64,000 nt of DNA from a virus, in the IMG/VR virus record IMGVR_UViG_3300048592_000564, positions 1-64,000 of that record, one strand, 5' to 3'. The position numbers and the translations under genes were made by a program. The notes under the pieces were generated by a model. It had not been told where the DNA came from and ran no database searches. It saw only the letters and a program-made list of their open reading frames with translations. Shown here piece after piece: positions 1 through 9,265 of this stretch; positions within the stretch are counted from its first letter, which is position 1; the number at the start of each line of letters is the position of its first letter.

Positions 1-10
1 CCAATCGGTC

Positions 11-469
11 GTGGCGCAGCTCTGCAGCGACGACGGCCACGAGGTGCCCAGCGAGGAACTCGCGACCGACACGAACCTGCTGGCGGCCCTCGAGGACGCC
101 AGCGGGGAGGTCGAGTCCGCCCTGTTGATTGGCAAGCGATACTCGGTCGAGGACCTCGAGGACCTGACCGGGAACTCGCTCGCGAAACTGAAACGAATCA
201 CGTGCACGATCGCGATGGCGAACCTGTTGGAACGTCGGCCGGTCGTGCATGTCCAGGAGGCCGAGAAGCTCCTGGAGCGCGCGGAAAAGTACCTTGAGCA
301 ACTCCGCACCGGGCAGCGGATTTTCAACCTGGAAGATCAGGTCGATACGCAACTCCCGACCGTCGATGGCCCGACGTCCGTGGACTGCGCGAGGATCAAT
401 CTCTTGCCCGACCGAATGACACGATATTTCCCCACCCAGGTCCAGCGACTGCCGACCACCCGGGGCTAA
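11..469 (+). CDS. Mu gp36-like (DUF1320) head-tail adaptor, probably 5'-truncated by the window edge
   Basis: ALEDASGEVESAL..RY..LKRITCTIAMANL pattern typical of DUF1320; sits before the tail genes. Confidence 0.65.
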   Translation: MAQLCSDDGHEVPSEELATDTNLLAALEDASGEVESALLIGKRYSVEDLEDLTGNSLAKLKRITCTIAMANLLERRPVVHVQEAEKLLERAEKYLEQLRTGQRIFNLEDQVDTQLPTVDGPTSVDCARINLLPDRMTRYFPTQVQRLPTTRG

Positions 470-514
470 TACGATCACGCGACCGACAGGCGGCGCCAAG
501 AAGGATAACCGACC

Positions 515-1027
515 ATGACGATTGGATTTTTCAGCACCGGTCCCTGCAGCGTGTTCTTTGACGCGGTCGAGCTGGGGTTTTGTGAAAACGGGGCCGAGAT
601 CACGGTCCAGCCGTTCTTCGAGGACCTCCACGCCGATTCCTGGGGTGGGCTCGCGGGCCCGTTTGCGGACCGGCAGCTGCTCGGCGCTATCGCGCAGGTC
701 AACTGCCTCTTGACCAAGTTCGACAACGCGGCGTGCGAAAAGTTGACCAGCTTTGTCGAACAGGGCGCCGGGGTCGCGGGCACCATCGGGGCCACGAAGC
801 TCGGGGAATTCATGTACCAGGATTCCCAGTTCGCGGTCCTGGAACTCAAGACCACGCTCGCGAGCTCGACCAAGAAGTTCGACTACGCGCACGTGGCCGG
901 CAGTGTCGGGTTTAACGTCGGGATGCGACACCGCCGCTGGCAGGTCCAGTTCCTGTGCCGCATGGACAGCCCCTGCACGCGAGTCCTGTACGAGACCGGC
1001 ACCGACACGAGCTGCTTCGACGACTAA
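515..1027 (+). CDS. major tail tube protein
   Basis: 170 aa; GPCSVFF..LGFCENGAEI..D.WGG pattern; directly precedes the frameshifted chaperone and long tail gene. Confidence 0.6.
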   Translation: MTIGFFSTGPCSVFFDAVELGFCENGAEITVQPFFEDLHADSWGGLAGPFADRQLLGAIAQVNCLLTKFDNAACEKLTSFVEQGAGVAGTIGATKLGEFMYQDSQFAVLELKTTLASSTKKFDYAHVAGSVGFNVGMRHRRWQVQFLCRMDSPCTRVLYETGTDTSCFDD

Positions 1028-1054
1028 CGATCCTGACCCAAGGGACAAGCCCGA

Positions 1055-1510
1055 ATGTTTCACTGGATTCGCAACCTCCTGTCCCGTCGTGCCTCGCGGC
1101 GGGACATTTTTACTTATCACGACGGCCACCAGGCCCGGTCAATCGACCCCTGGGCGGCCCTGCTCGACCTCTGGACCGACCCCGAGCACGACATCAACCT
1201 CGTGCTCGCGGGCTCGGCCCGCGGAGAACCGGAGGCCCAGCGACAACTCGAGGCGATGGTCCGTCGGGTGTTCGCGATTCCCGAGTTCGACCCCGCGACC
1301 CAGCGGGGCCTCACGATCCTGGAACTCCACGAACTCCACGCGCGATTCTCGCGCTACATCCGGGATCTTAAAAAAAAACTCGCCACACCGCCGACGCGGT
1401 CGCGACCTACGGGCTCGGAATCCTTGGAGACCCCGGGCGACTCGACCACGCGACAAGAACCGGACTCCTGCTCCACAGCCGGCGCGTCGAACTCCGACGC
1501 GCCAACATGA
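1055..1510 (+). CDS. tail assembly chaperone, short (gpG-like) product
   Basis: Located between tail tube and tape-measure position; contains an A9 slippery run at 1370-1378. Confidence 0.7.
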   Translation: MFHWIRNLLSRRASRRDIFTYHDGHQARSIDPWAALLDLWTDPEHDINLVLAGSARGEPEAQRQLEAMVRRVFAIPEFDPATQRGLTILELHELHARFSRYIRDLKKKLATPPTRSRPTGSESLETPGDSTTRQEPDSCSTAGASNSDAPT

Positions 1511-1668
1511 TCGTGCGGGCGATCCGGCGATCGGCCTCCGGGGAGATTCCCGACCCCGAGTGGTACGACGCCCTGTCGCTGACCCGCGAGGACGCGCGGT
1601 TCCAACGTGCCATCGATCAAAATAACCGCAAGCTCCAGGAACGAGCGGCCAGCATGGGGGTGGGGTGA
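1055..1668 (+). CDS. tail assembly chaperone, long (gpGT-like) product via -1 frameshift, about 204 aa
   Basis: -1 frame is open from 1372 to TGA at 1666-1668 (TRHTADAVATYGLG...EWYDALSL...MGVG); stop overlaps the next ATG as TGATG. Confidence 0.7.
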
Positions 1669-4600
1669 TGGCAGACGAAAGCAGCGCTGATGCCGTCCAG
1701 GATGCCGCGGGATCGATTCGCGAGAACTTGCCCGAGCGATACATCGGCGACGTCGTGGCAGACCTCAATCGGCGCATCAATGCCGAGCAGGCCGCCGCCA
1801 ATGAAGACCTGACGAGCGAGCGCACCCAATCGCTCAGTCAAGCCCAGTCGCTCCTTGTTCCCTACGTGACGACCGGCCAAATCACCGATGAGGCGCTCGC
1901 GGAGGCGCACCAGATCGTCGCCCGCGAGCCCCCGCCGCCCATTACGCGAGTGAAGCCGGAACCCGAGAAACCCGATCTTTCGCGGACCAGCACCGCCGAG
2001 GCCCCAGCGGACCAGCAAGCCGGGGATAAGCCCGCCCAAGCGGCCACCCAAGAGCAACCAGACGTCCCCCAGGACAAACCCGAGGCCGCGACCCAAACTC
2101 CGCCCGACGACTTGCAGTCGAAAGCCAAGCAGGAAGCTGATCCCCTCGAGTCTCCCGAGATCCCGCCACTGGCCGAGCAAGCGGACATAGAGGCCATCGG
2201 GCCCCCCGCCGTAAAGGCCGACAAGCTCGCGCCGCAAGAGCCCGAGCGTCCCGATGTCACGCCACAGGAGGCGCGGCCGCCCTCGCCCGCCACCGCTCCC
2301 CCTGCGCCCGCCCCACCGCCTCAGTCTGTCGCTCGTGCGATCGCGACCGCGCCCGCGGGGTTGTTGGCCGAAACCGCCAACGGCACGCAATTACGCATTC
2401 AGTCGATGCCGGTCGGCCGGGTGACGCCCGACCAGCAAGAGGTCGTGCTGCACGATGGCAGCACCGCGCCCCTGAGCTCGATCGCGAAACTACGCGACAA
2501 AAGCGGGCAACTACTGTGGAGCCGACCACAGGCTCCAGTCGCGGAACCGCCCGACCGCGATGCGCAGCCGACGTCTGCGGTCCCGGTTGCGACCGACCGC
2601 AGCACCGCCAAGCCTCCCGACAGCGAGGTGCCGCCAGTCGCGACACAAACGCGGTCCCCAGTCACCGCAGCCTCGCCGGCAGTTCCGGTTGCTCACGAGT
2701 CCGGGACCGCGAGACCTGCCGACAGTCAGGCGACACCAGAAACCCGCGTTGAACCCTCGCCCGCCACCTACGAGACCCCAGAGGCACCCGCGGCCCCACG
2801 ACGCCCGGAGCCGCCTAGCGGACCCGCCGTAGAATTTTCGCCAACCAGCACGACCAAGCCGTCGGCCAGTGAGTCAGTATCCCCGGCGGTTCCGGTCCCG
2901 ACATCCCGCGAGGCTGCCAAGCCCACCACTCCACCCGCGAGTACCGGCATACCAGAAACGGCCCCGCCCCCCCGCTGGATCGATTACTTCCGCGACAATC
3001 GCCAGCAGGAAATCGGCGTCGTGCGTTCCGCGATCGCGGCCACGAGCGAATACGCGACCGCAAGGCTTAATCGAGCCCCCGCTCCACAGCCTTCGTCTCC
3101 CGATCCGTCCCCTGCGACGGCCTCCACGGCGCCCCCGCGTTCATTGCCAGCCACCCCAACCCACTACGAACGCTTGGGAGTACCCTCGACAGCGACCAAG
3201 GACGAGATCCTGATTGCCTACGAGGAAAAACGGAAGGACGCCAAGTCTCTTGAAGAACGAGAACCACTCGCGCAGGCAGCGCGAGCGCTACTAAAACCCG
3301 AAACTCGTCAAGCATACGATCAGCAGCTTGCCGATCAGCAAAGGCAATCGCCGCCAGCAGTCCCCGTCGCCCCCGCCGCTAGGCCCGCCCACGCAGGCAA
3401 GCCGCAGCAGTCAGTTGCCCAGATTCAGTCCACCCCGCCGCCACCAGCGGTCCCAGTCACGCCCGGCACCGGCACCCAGAAACCCGCCGAGACCACCGTC
3501 CAGGGAGCACCCGACGACGCCGCTACGCCCGCGTCGCCACATACCAGCACACCATCACCCCCGACCACCGCCGCCCCTGGAGCCAGCGGATTTGGCACGC
3601 CGCCCACCAGGCCCCCGACCACCGCCTCGCCGGCCGCTCCCTCGCCCGAGCCCGATCCATCGCGTGGCCTATTCTCCAAAATCGCCAGCGCGATCACGGG
3701 CGCGATCCAGAGCGTCGTACCTGGACGCCAAAACGCCGCCGATCAAGTCCAAGCCGCCGACCGCGCGGCCCAGCAGGCCGGCGGCACCACCGCGCCCCAG
3801 CACCCATTGGTCCAAGCCGCCGGCAAGAAGCTCGCGGCCGACCAGGACCTGGCCCGCCAGAACCAGGAGCAGTTCACCGCCGCGCAGACCAGCGACGAAG
3901 GACTGCCGCCCACGCTCCAGAGCCCCGAGGCCTACTATGCGGCCGCGAAGCTCGGTTACCGCCCCGGGGACCGCCGGGCCACGAGCGCGGCAGGCCGCCG
4001 CGACCGCAGCGACGATCCGGGGCTGCAATGGCGAGACCTCGGGGACGTGGACCAGGAATCACGCCACGAAGCGGCTTCCCGGCTACAAGACACCCGCGAA
4101 CTGGTACGGGAGAACGCCGAAATCCCGCCCGAGAAAGAAGCCTTGGCCCAGGCCCTCCGCCGCAACGAGAACCTGACGGCCGCCGACGCCTACGTGATCC
4201 AGCAGCGACAGGCCCACGGGACCGACCCCGAGGCAGCGCAGAAACGCAAGGCCAGTTTCGCGGAACGGTTTGTCGGCATCAAGGACGACGACGAGGACGG
4301 GCTCCGGACCGCCAAAATGGTCGGGGCCGTGGAGTACGGCGAACACGCGATCCGGCAATACTCTGCCGCCGCGGCCCAGGGCGCTGCGCCGTTCGTCGGC
4401 GAAGCCCCGGCCGCGATCGCGGGCTCGGCCGGACAGGCCGCCGCGGGACTCGCGGGCGGGGCGGGCACGATGGTCGCCGGTGCCGCGACCGGCAATCCCC
4501 TGCTGGTCGCCAAAGGAATGGCGGACCTCGGGGCCGAGGTCGTGAAGCTACCCGGGATGTTGGTCGATTGGAGCGATGCCCTGATCGCCTCCGCGGACAA

Positions 4601-5702
4601 CATCAAGCAGTTCTCCAGCGTGCTCGCCAACGCGTTCGCGGTCGCGGAACTCCGGACGATGCGGCGGGACTTCGAGTCTGCTCAACGCACCGGGGACGCG
4701 AGCGCAAACTTGATCGATGCCCGGCAGGACCTGGCCGACACCCTCCAGCCCGTCAAGGACCAAGTTACCAACACACTCTCGAAGGACATCGCAAACGGGC
4801 TCCTGGACCTTAATGACATCGTGTCGATCCTGCGGGACCTTGCCCAGTGGGCTGGAGTGATGACGTCCGACGAGGAACTCAAGGCCGAACTGGAACGCAA
4901 GGGTACACCCTTCCAGGAGACGATCCGCGGCATCGAGGCCGGGGGATTCGCGGCCCAGGACAAAGAGGGCAAATGGGTCCAGACGGATCTTCAAGGTGGA
5001 TTCAGCGGCGCCGGGATGGGCAATGCCCCCAGCGCAGGACACCGACCCGGGACCGGCGTGGCGGGCGGGGCCGGAGTGTCGGGCTCGCGACCGTGGCAAC
5101 GCGACCCTGGGGCCGTGGACCCCAATGCCCCACAGGGCGGAGCCGCAAAACCCAGCGGTCCCAATCGGGGCGGCATTGCGGACCTGGAAAAAAGCCGCAA
5201 GGAGATGCGAGACCGCCTTGAGGCACAGCTAGACCGTGAATACTCCCTCCTAGCAGGCCGTGGCGCGACAGGCCCGGCCGCGACACAAGACGAGCTCGAC
5301 GAGCAGCGCGCCAAAGCGGCCAAGCAAATTGCCGACTTTGACGCCAACACCGGCCGAATGGTGCAACGCCAAGTCGATAACGCGCGCGCCGCCGGCCAAG
5401 GCCAAGCACCCGGCCGCGCACCCCAGCGTGCCCCGAACGCCCCACAGCTTCCTGGCGACGCCCCCGACAGCCCGTTCCCAGGCATGCCCGGCCCAATGCG
5501 GGACCGTCGCGGCCAGAAAATCCCCAAGGTCCACGCCCAACCGGAAGAACCCGCGCGCGGCTACAGCGGCATGGCTGGCGCGTTACTTGGTGCAAGCTCT
5601 GGCGGAACTGCCTCGGCGGCCTACCTGCTGTGGAAACTCGCCAGGGGCGAGATCCAGACCGACACCGCACCCCCGGCTCAAGAAGCAAAGAACCTCCCAT
5701 GA
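1668..5702 (+). CDS. tape-measure-position protein with long Pro/Ala-rich N-terminal half, J-domain-like insert and Ala/Gly-rich helical C-terminal part
   Basis: Longest ORF, follows the G/GT chaperone; low-complexity composition; THYERLGV..EI..AY..R..YD segment at 3159-3329. Confidence 0.6.
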   Translation: MADESSADAVQDAAGSIRENLPERYIGDVVADLNRRINAEQAAANEDLTSERTQSLSQAQSLLVPYVTTGQITDEALAEAHQIVAREPPPPITRVKPEPEKPDLSRTSTAEAPADQQAGDKPAQAATQEQPDVPQDKPEAATQTPPDDLQSKAKQEADPLESPEIPPLAEQADIEAIGPPAVKADKLAPQEPERPDVTPQEARPPSPATAPPAPAPPPQSVARAIATAPAGLLAETANGTQLRIQSMPVGRVTPDQQEVVLHDGSTAPLSSIAKLRDKSGQLLWSRPQAPVAEPPDRDAQPTSAVPVATDRSTAKPPDSEVPPVATQTRSPVTAASPAVPVAHESGTARPADSQATPETRVEPSPATYETPEAPAAPRRPEPPSGPAVEFSPTSTTKPSASESVSPAVPVPTSREAAKPTTPPASTGIPETAPPPRWIDYFRDNRQQEIGVVRSAIAATSEYATARLNRAPAPQPSSPDPSPATASTAPPRSLPATPTHYERLGVPSTATKDEILIAYEEKRKDAKSLEEREPLAQAARALLKPETRQAYDQQLADQQRQSPPAVPVAPAARPAHAGKPQQSVAQIQSTPPPPAVPVTPGTGTQKPAETTVQGAPDDAATPASPHTSTPSPPTTAAPGASGFGTPPTRPPTTASPAAPSPEPDPSRGLFSKIASAITGAIQSVVPGRQNAADQVQAADRAAQQAGGTTAPQHPLVQAAGKKLAADQDLARQNQEQFTAAQTSDEGLPPTLQSPEAYYAAAKLGYRPGDRRATSAAGRRDRSDDPGLQWRDLGDVDQESRHEAASRLQDTRELVRENAEIPPEKEALAQALRRNENLTAADAYVIQQRQAHGTDPEAAQKRKASFAERFVGIKDDDEDGLRTAKMVGAVEYGEHAIRQYSAAAAQGAAPFVGEAPAAIAGSAGQAAAGLAGGAGTMVAGAATGNPLLVAKGMADLGAEVVKLPGMLVDWSDALIASADNIKQFSSVLANAFAVAELRTMRRDFESAQRTGDASANLIDARQDLADTLQPVKDQVTNTLSKDIANGLLDLNDIVSILRDLAQWAGVMTSDEELKAELERKGTPFQETIRGIEAGGFAAQDKEGKWVQTDLQGGFSGAGMGNAPSAGHRPGTGVAGGAGVSGSRPWQRDPGAVDPNAPQGGAAKPSGPNRGGIADLEKSRKEMRDRLEAQLDREYSLLAGRGATGPAATQDELDEQRAKAAKQIADFDANTGRMVQRQVDNARAAGQGQAPGRAPQRAPNAPQLPGDAPDSPFPGMPGPMRDRRGQKIPKVHAQPEEPARGYSGMAGALLGASSGGTASAAYLLWKLARGEIQTDTAPPAQEAKNLP

Positions 5703-7612
5703 CCTGCCCAGGAACGACCGTTGAATATAACGACATCACGATCCACGACGTCCTGACGGACGACGTGACCCAGGAGGTCGTCTATGACAAGACCGGGGTC
5801 GACCCGATCGGGATCCGGGTTACGGTCTCGGTCACGGGCTACGTCCACCTCGCGGCCCAGGAGATCCACGGGATCAAAAAGACCGGCGACCTCGCGACCG
5901 GCATGCAGGAAGTGCAGGCCGCGCTCCTGACGCCCCGGCGCACGTTCCACATGAAACTGGGCGACCAGACGTGGCTCAGCTGCTGGCCCTACGCGGTCGA
6001 GCGTTGCAGCAATGCGGCCTCGGCGTTTGGGGGCGGGGCAAGCTCCTATCCCGACAAGTGGGACATGGAGAACGGCCCGCACCCGAGCTTGAAAGTGGTG
6101 GGGATCATCGGCCAGCACTCAATGAAGATCAAGTTCTCGGTCCAGTACACGCACTCGATCTGCGACCTGCCGGGCGCCGCGACGCTGTTCAAGGGCCTGA
6201 TGCACCTCCGGTTCTGGATCGTGGACGACATCGATTGCAGCAACTGGATGGTAACGAGAACCTACCAGGGGCGGCTCCGGACCTATGGGGCACTCCCGGT
6301 CGCCGATGGGCTCCTGGCCCACCCGGGCATGCTGGCCCGCGCGTTCGCGATCCCGCCGCTCCAGTGGGGCTTCCAGCGAAAGCGGATCTCGATCAACCAA
6401 GACCCCAATGGCCTGGAGGCCGAGTTCCAGGTCGTCGATCAAGAGGTCTGGGCCGTCGCCCCGGCACCCGCGACCGAGTGGCAGGGCCACTTTGAGGTCA
6501 CGGTCCCCTACGGGGGCGTGACGTGCGAGAGCGAATGCCGCGTCACCGTCAAGGGCGGCAAGATGACGCCGAAATGGCACCTGCTCCGACTCGCGATGCA
6601 GATCCTGGACGCGAAGCTGCGGCTCAGCGTGGTCCCGATCAACTACATCCCGATGGTGCTCAGTTTTTCGGAGCCGCTGGAATCCAACGAGGTCACGGGC
6701 TATGCCAAAGTGAAACACCTGGGCGAGACCAACACCTCCGCGCCCCTGGGCCTGAACGTCTTCGCCGCCAATGCGGCCACATGGTTCAAGCCCTTCCCGG
6801 CCGTCGGGCCTGGCTCCTTGAATTTGTCCGGCCTCGCGCCAGGCACCCACGCGCCCTACCAGTTCGAACACGGGTTCCAGGGATCCAGCCCGGACGGCAA
6901 CATGACGGTCACGTTCGCGCCCAATAGTCTCGTGGGCCTGCTGCTGCCCGCCCTCCAGACCCCCTGCTGCCCGGTCTGGCTCGTGAACAACATCCAGGGC
7001 TACGCGCCCTCGCCGGGCTACGGGGGTGGGGTTGACGAGACCCAGGAGGGCACCGACTACCGGATCGCCCAGTCGCCGGTCCCGCCCGCCGATCTCGCGA
7101 ACCCCTACTCGACATCCCATCAGCAGTGGTGGTACTGGAACACCAAACTGACCAGCAGGTACACGACCCACCTGGGCCTGGGGGCATTCCCGCGAGCCCA
7201 GGAGGACACCGACAAAAACACGCTCTCGCTAGTCCGCATGCACGCGCCCTGCCAGTTCCGGCAAGTCCGGATCGAATTCGTGCGCGCGAACTCGTGGCCG
7301 GAACTCCCGAAACCTAAGGAGCAGTGGACCGACAATAACCAGATCGTCCACACGTTGCTCGATTGGAAGATGGCCCCGAACGCGAGCTCGACGGCCGCCG
7401 ACGGGAAAGGCGACGTGCGGTCGGTCGCGATGGTGCTCAACTACGCGATGAGCCGACCGGTCGATTGGAACGCGGGCGAGAACTTCCCGGTCGGGCGACT
7501 GCCGAACCGGCCCGCGAACTCCTCGGCCGACCACGCCTGGCAGGAACTGGACGCGGGGCTCACGCCCGCGATTTTCGTTGAACCTTGGAACATCATCGGG
7601 GTCACGCCATGA
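5699..7612 (+). CDS. putative tail or baseplate structural protein
   Basis: ATGA overlap with preceding stop; 637 aa, beta-rich appearance; position after tape measure. Confidence 0.5.
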   Translation: MTCPGTTVEYNDITIHDVLTDDVTQEVVYDKTGVDPIGIRVTVSVTGYVHLAAQEIHGIKKTGDLATGMQEVQAALLTPRRTFHMKLGDQTWLSCWPYAVERCSNAASAFGGGASSYPDKWDMENGPHPSLKVVGIIGQHSMKIKFSVQYTHSICDLPGAATLFKGLMHLRFWIVDDIDCSNWMVTRTYQGRLRTYGALPVADGLLAHPGMLARAFAIPPLQWGFQRKRISINQDPNGLEAEFQVVDQEVWAVAPAPATEWQGHFEVTVPYGGVTCESECRVTVKGGKMTPKWHLLRLAMQILDAKLRLSVVPINYIPMVLSFSEPLESNEVTGYAKVKHLGETNTSAPLGLNVFAANAATWFKPFPAVGPGSLNLSGLAPGTHAPYQFEHGFQGSSPDGNMTVTFAPNSLVGLLLPALQTPCCPVWLVNNIQGYAPSPGYGGGVDETQEGTDYRIAQSPVPPADLANPYSTSHQQWWYWNTKLTSRYTTHLGLGAFPRAQEDTDKNTLSLVRMHAPCQFRQVRIEFVRANSWPELPKPKEQWTDNNQIVHTLLDWKMAPNASSTAADGKGDVRSVAMVLNYAMSRPVDWNAGENFPVGRLPNRPANSSADHAWQELDAGLTPAIFVEPWNIIGVTP

Positions 7613-9258
7613 TTAATCACGATACGTTGTTTGCCCGCCTGGGCCACTGGTGCAAGGTCGCGCAAGACTTGGACGACACGGCCGCGGCCTCGCTGGTCAC
7701 GAACGTCCGGGCCGCCGAGGAGGACCTGGAGGCCGAACAGCACGACTTCCAGCAGGACGTCCTGGGCCTGCTGGAGCAATCGCTCGACCAGCAGCTCTCG
7801 ACCCTGGGGACCATGATCCAAGTGCTGGCCGCCACCCCGGCCCAGAACCTGATCATCCAGACCGTCCACCTCGACACGCCACTGGTCAGCCAGAGCCTCG
7901 ACGCCGCGCTCGCGGTCCTGCTGGACCAGATGGAGGACGAGAGCGAGACTCTCGATGCCTCGACGCCGGCCGCGACGCTCGACTACGGGGAGAACTCCAG
8001 CAGCTCAGGCACGGGCGACAACCACGGGAACGGGGTACTGGTGACCTGCACGAAGCGCGGCGACGGCCAGGTCAATCAATTCATCCTCGGGGAAACGATC
8101 CGCTGTGAGATCACGGGCACGAGCACCAACGGGACCGCGACCTGGACGCTCACCGGGGAACCGTCCAAGACGTTGCTCCATCCCGATTGGCCGGCGGGGT
8201 CGGGGATCTCGCGGGCGCTGACCAGCTACGTGGCGGCCAGCGGCCTCGTCCCCAGTGGCGACTTCGAGGATGACGACGACAACGCCGACCTGTTGCCCGA
8301 CGGCTGGATTCTCTCGGTCGGGACCCTCGACACCCACGTGCGGCTGACCGACGTGGAGGTCCAGACCGTGACCATCAACGGGACGCCCACAGGGGGCCGC
8401 TACACGCTGACGTTCCACGACCGCTGGGGCGAACTTCACACCACCACGGCCCTGCCCTACAACGCCTCCGGGTCGGAGGTCCAGAGTGCGCTCCGTAAGC
8501 TCCCCGGCCTCTCGGCCATTACCGTGACCTCGACCGGCACGGGCGCGAACCTGACCCATACCGTCACGTTCCTGAACGTCCCGAACCCGAGCCAGCTGAC
8601 CAGTACCTCGGCGCTCACAGGCGGCAGCCCGACGATCACGCACGCGACCGCCCAGGCCGGAAGCACTTACGTGGCGCGTGGCGCCCGATGCCTGGAGATC
8701 GACGGGGACGGCTCGAACCTGACCACGCTCCAGATTCCTGTGACCCTCACGGCCCAGACGTGCTATTGTGTCAACCTCTGGGCCGCGGTGGACGTTGTGC
8801 CGGCCGCGGGCGTGCTGGTGGTCGACCTCGTGGACGGAATCGGCGGAACCGTGGTGGCCGACGACGAGGGGACGAACAATACTTTCTCGATCGACCTCAC
8901 GGGACTGACGGCCACCCACTCGGCCCACAACGGATGTTTCCATACTCCGCTCGTGATGCCGAGCCAGGTGTACTTGAGAATCCGCCTCACGACCGCGCTG
9001 TCGAGCGGCTCGAGTGCGTTCCTGGACGAACTGTGCCTCGTGGCCATGCAGGAACTCTACGCCGGGGGCCTGTTCGCCGCAGCGTTCAGTGGCCCGAATG
9101 ACTTTCAGAAAGAGGACTACGCGGAAATCGTGGTGACGAATGACCGAGAGGGCAGCCTGCAAGAATGGCTACACCGGTTTTTTAACCTCGGGGGCAAGCG
9201 GTTCCTGTTCCCGGTTGAAACCGCCCCCGCGACACAACCCGACAGCCTGATCGCATAG
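7609..9258 (+). CDS. putative virion or tail protein
   Basis: ATGA coupling; EVQTVTINGTPTGG.YTLTF...YNASGSEVQSAL..L motif common in phage structural proteins; Thr/Gly-rich. Confidence 0.55.
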   Translation: MINHDTLFARLGHWCKVAQDLDDTAAASLVTNVRAAEEDLEAEQHDFQQDVLGLLEQSLDQQLSTLGTMIQVLAATPAQNLIIQTVHLDTPLVSQSLDAALAVLLDQMEDESETLDASTPAATLDYGENSSSSGTGDNHGNGVLVTCTKRGDGQVNQFILGETIRCEITGTSTNGTATWTLTGEPSKTLLHPDWPAGSGISRALTSYVAASGLVPSGDFEDDDDNADLLPDGWILSVGTLDTHVRLTDVEVQTVTINGTPTGGRYTLTFHDRWGELHTTTALPYNASGSEVQSALRKLPGLSAITVTSTGTGANLTHTVTFLNVPNPSQLTSTSALTGGSPTITHATAQAGSTYVARGARCLEIDGDGSNLTTLQIPVTLTAQTCYCVNLWAAVDVVPAAGVLVVDLVDGIGGTVVADDEGTNNTFSIDLTGLTATHSAHNGCFHTPLVMPSQVYLRIRLTTALSSGSSAFLDELCLVAMQELYAGGLFAAAFSGPNDFQKEDYAEIVVTNDREGSLQEWLHRFFNLGGKRFLFPVETAPATQPDSLIA

Positions 9259-9265
9259 GATCAAC

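Noticed and set aside
753-1625. 290-aa ORF and many other long overlapping Arg/Pro-rich ORFs (e.g. 52439-54163, 8005-9162, 31000-32127)
   Set aside because: These are shadow frames of real genes in high-GC DNA, with no motifs or RBS.
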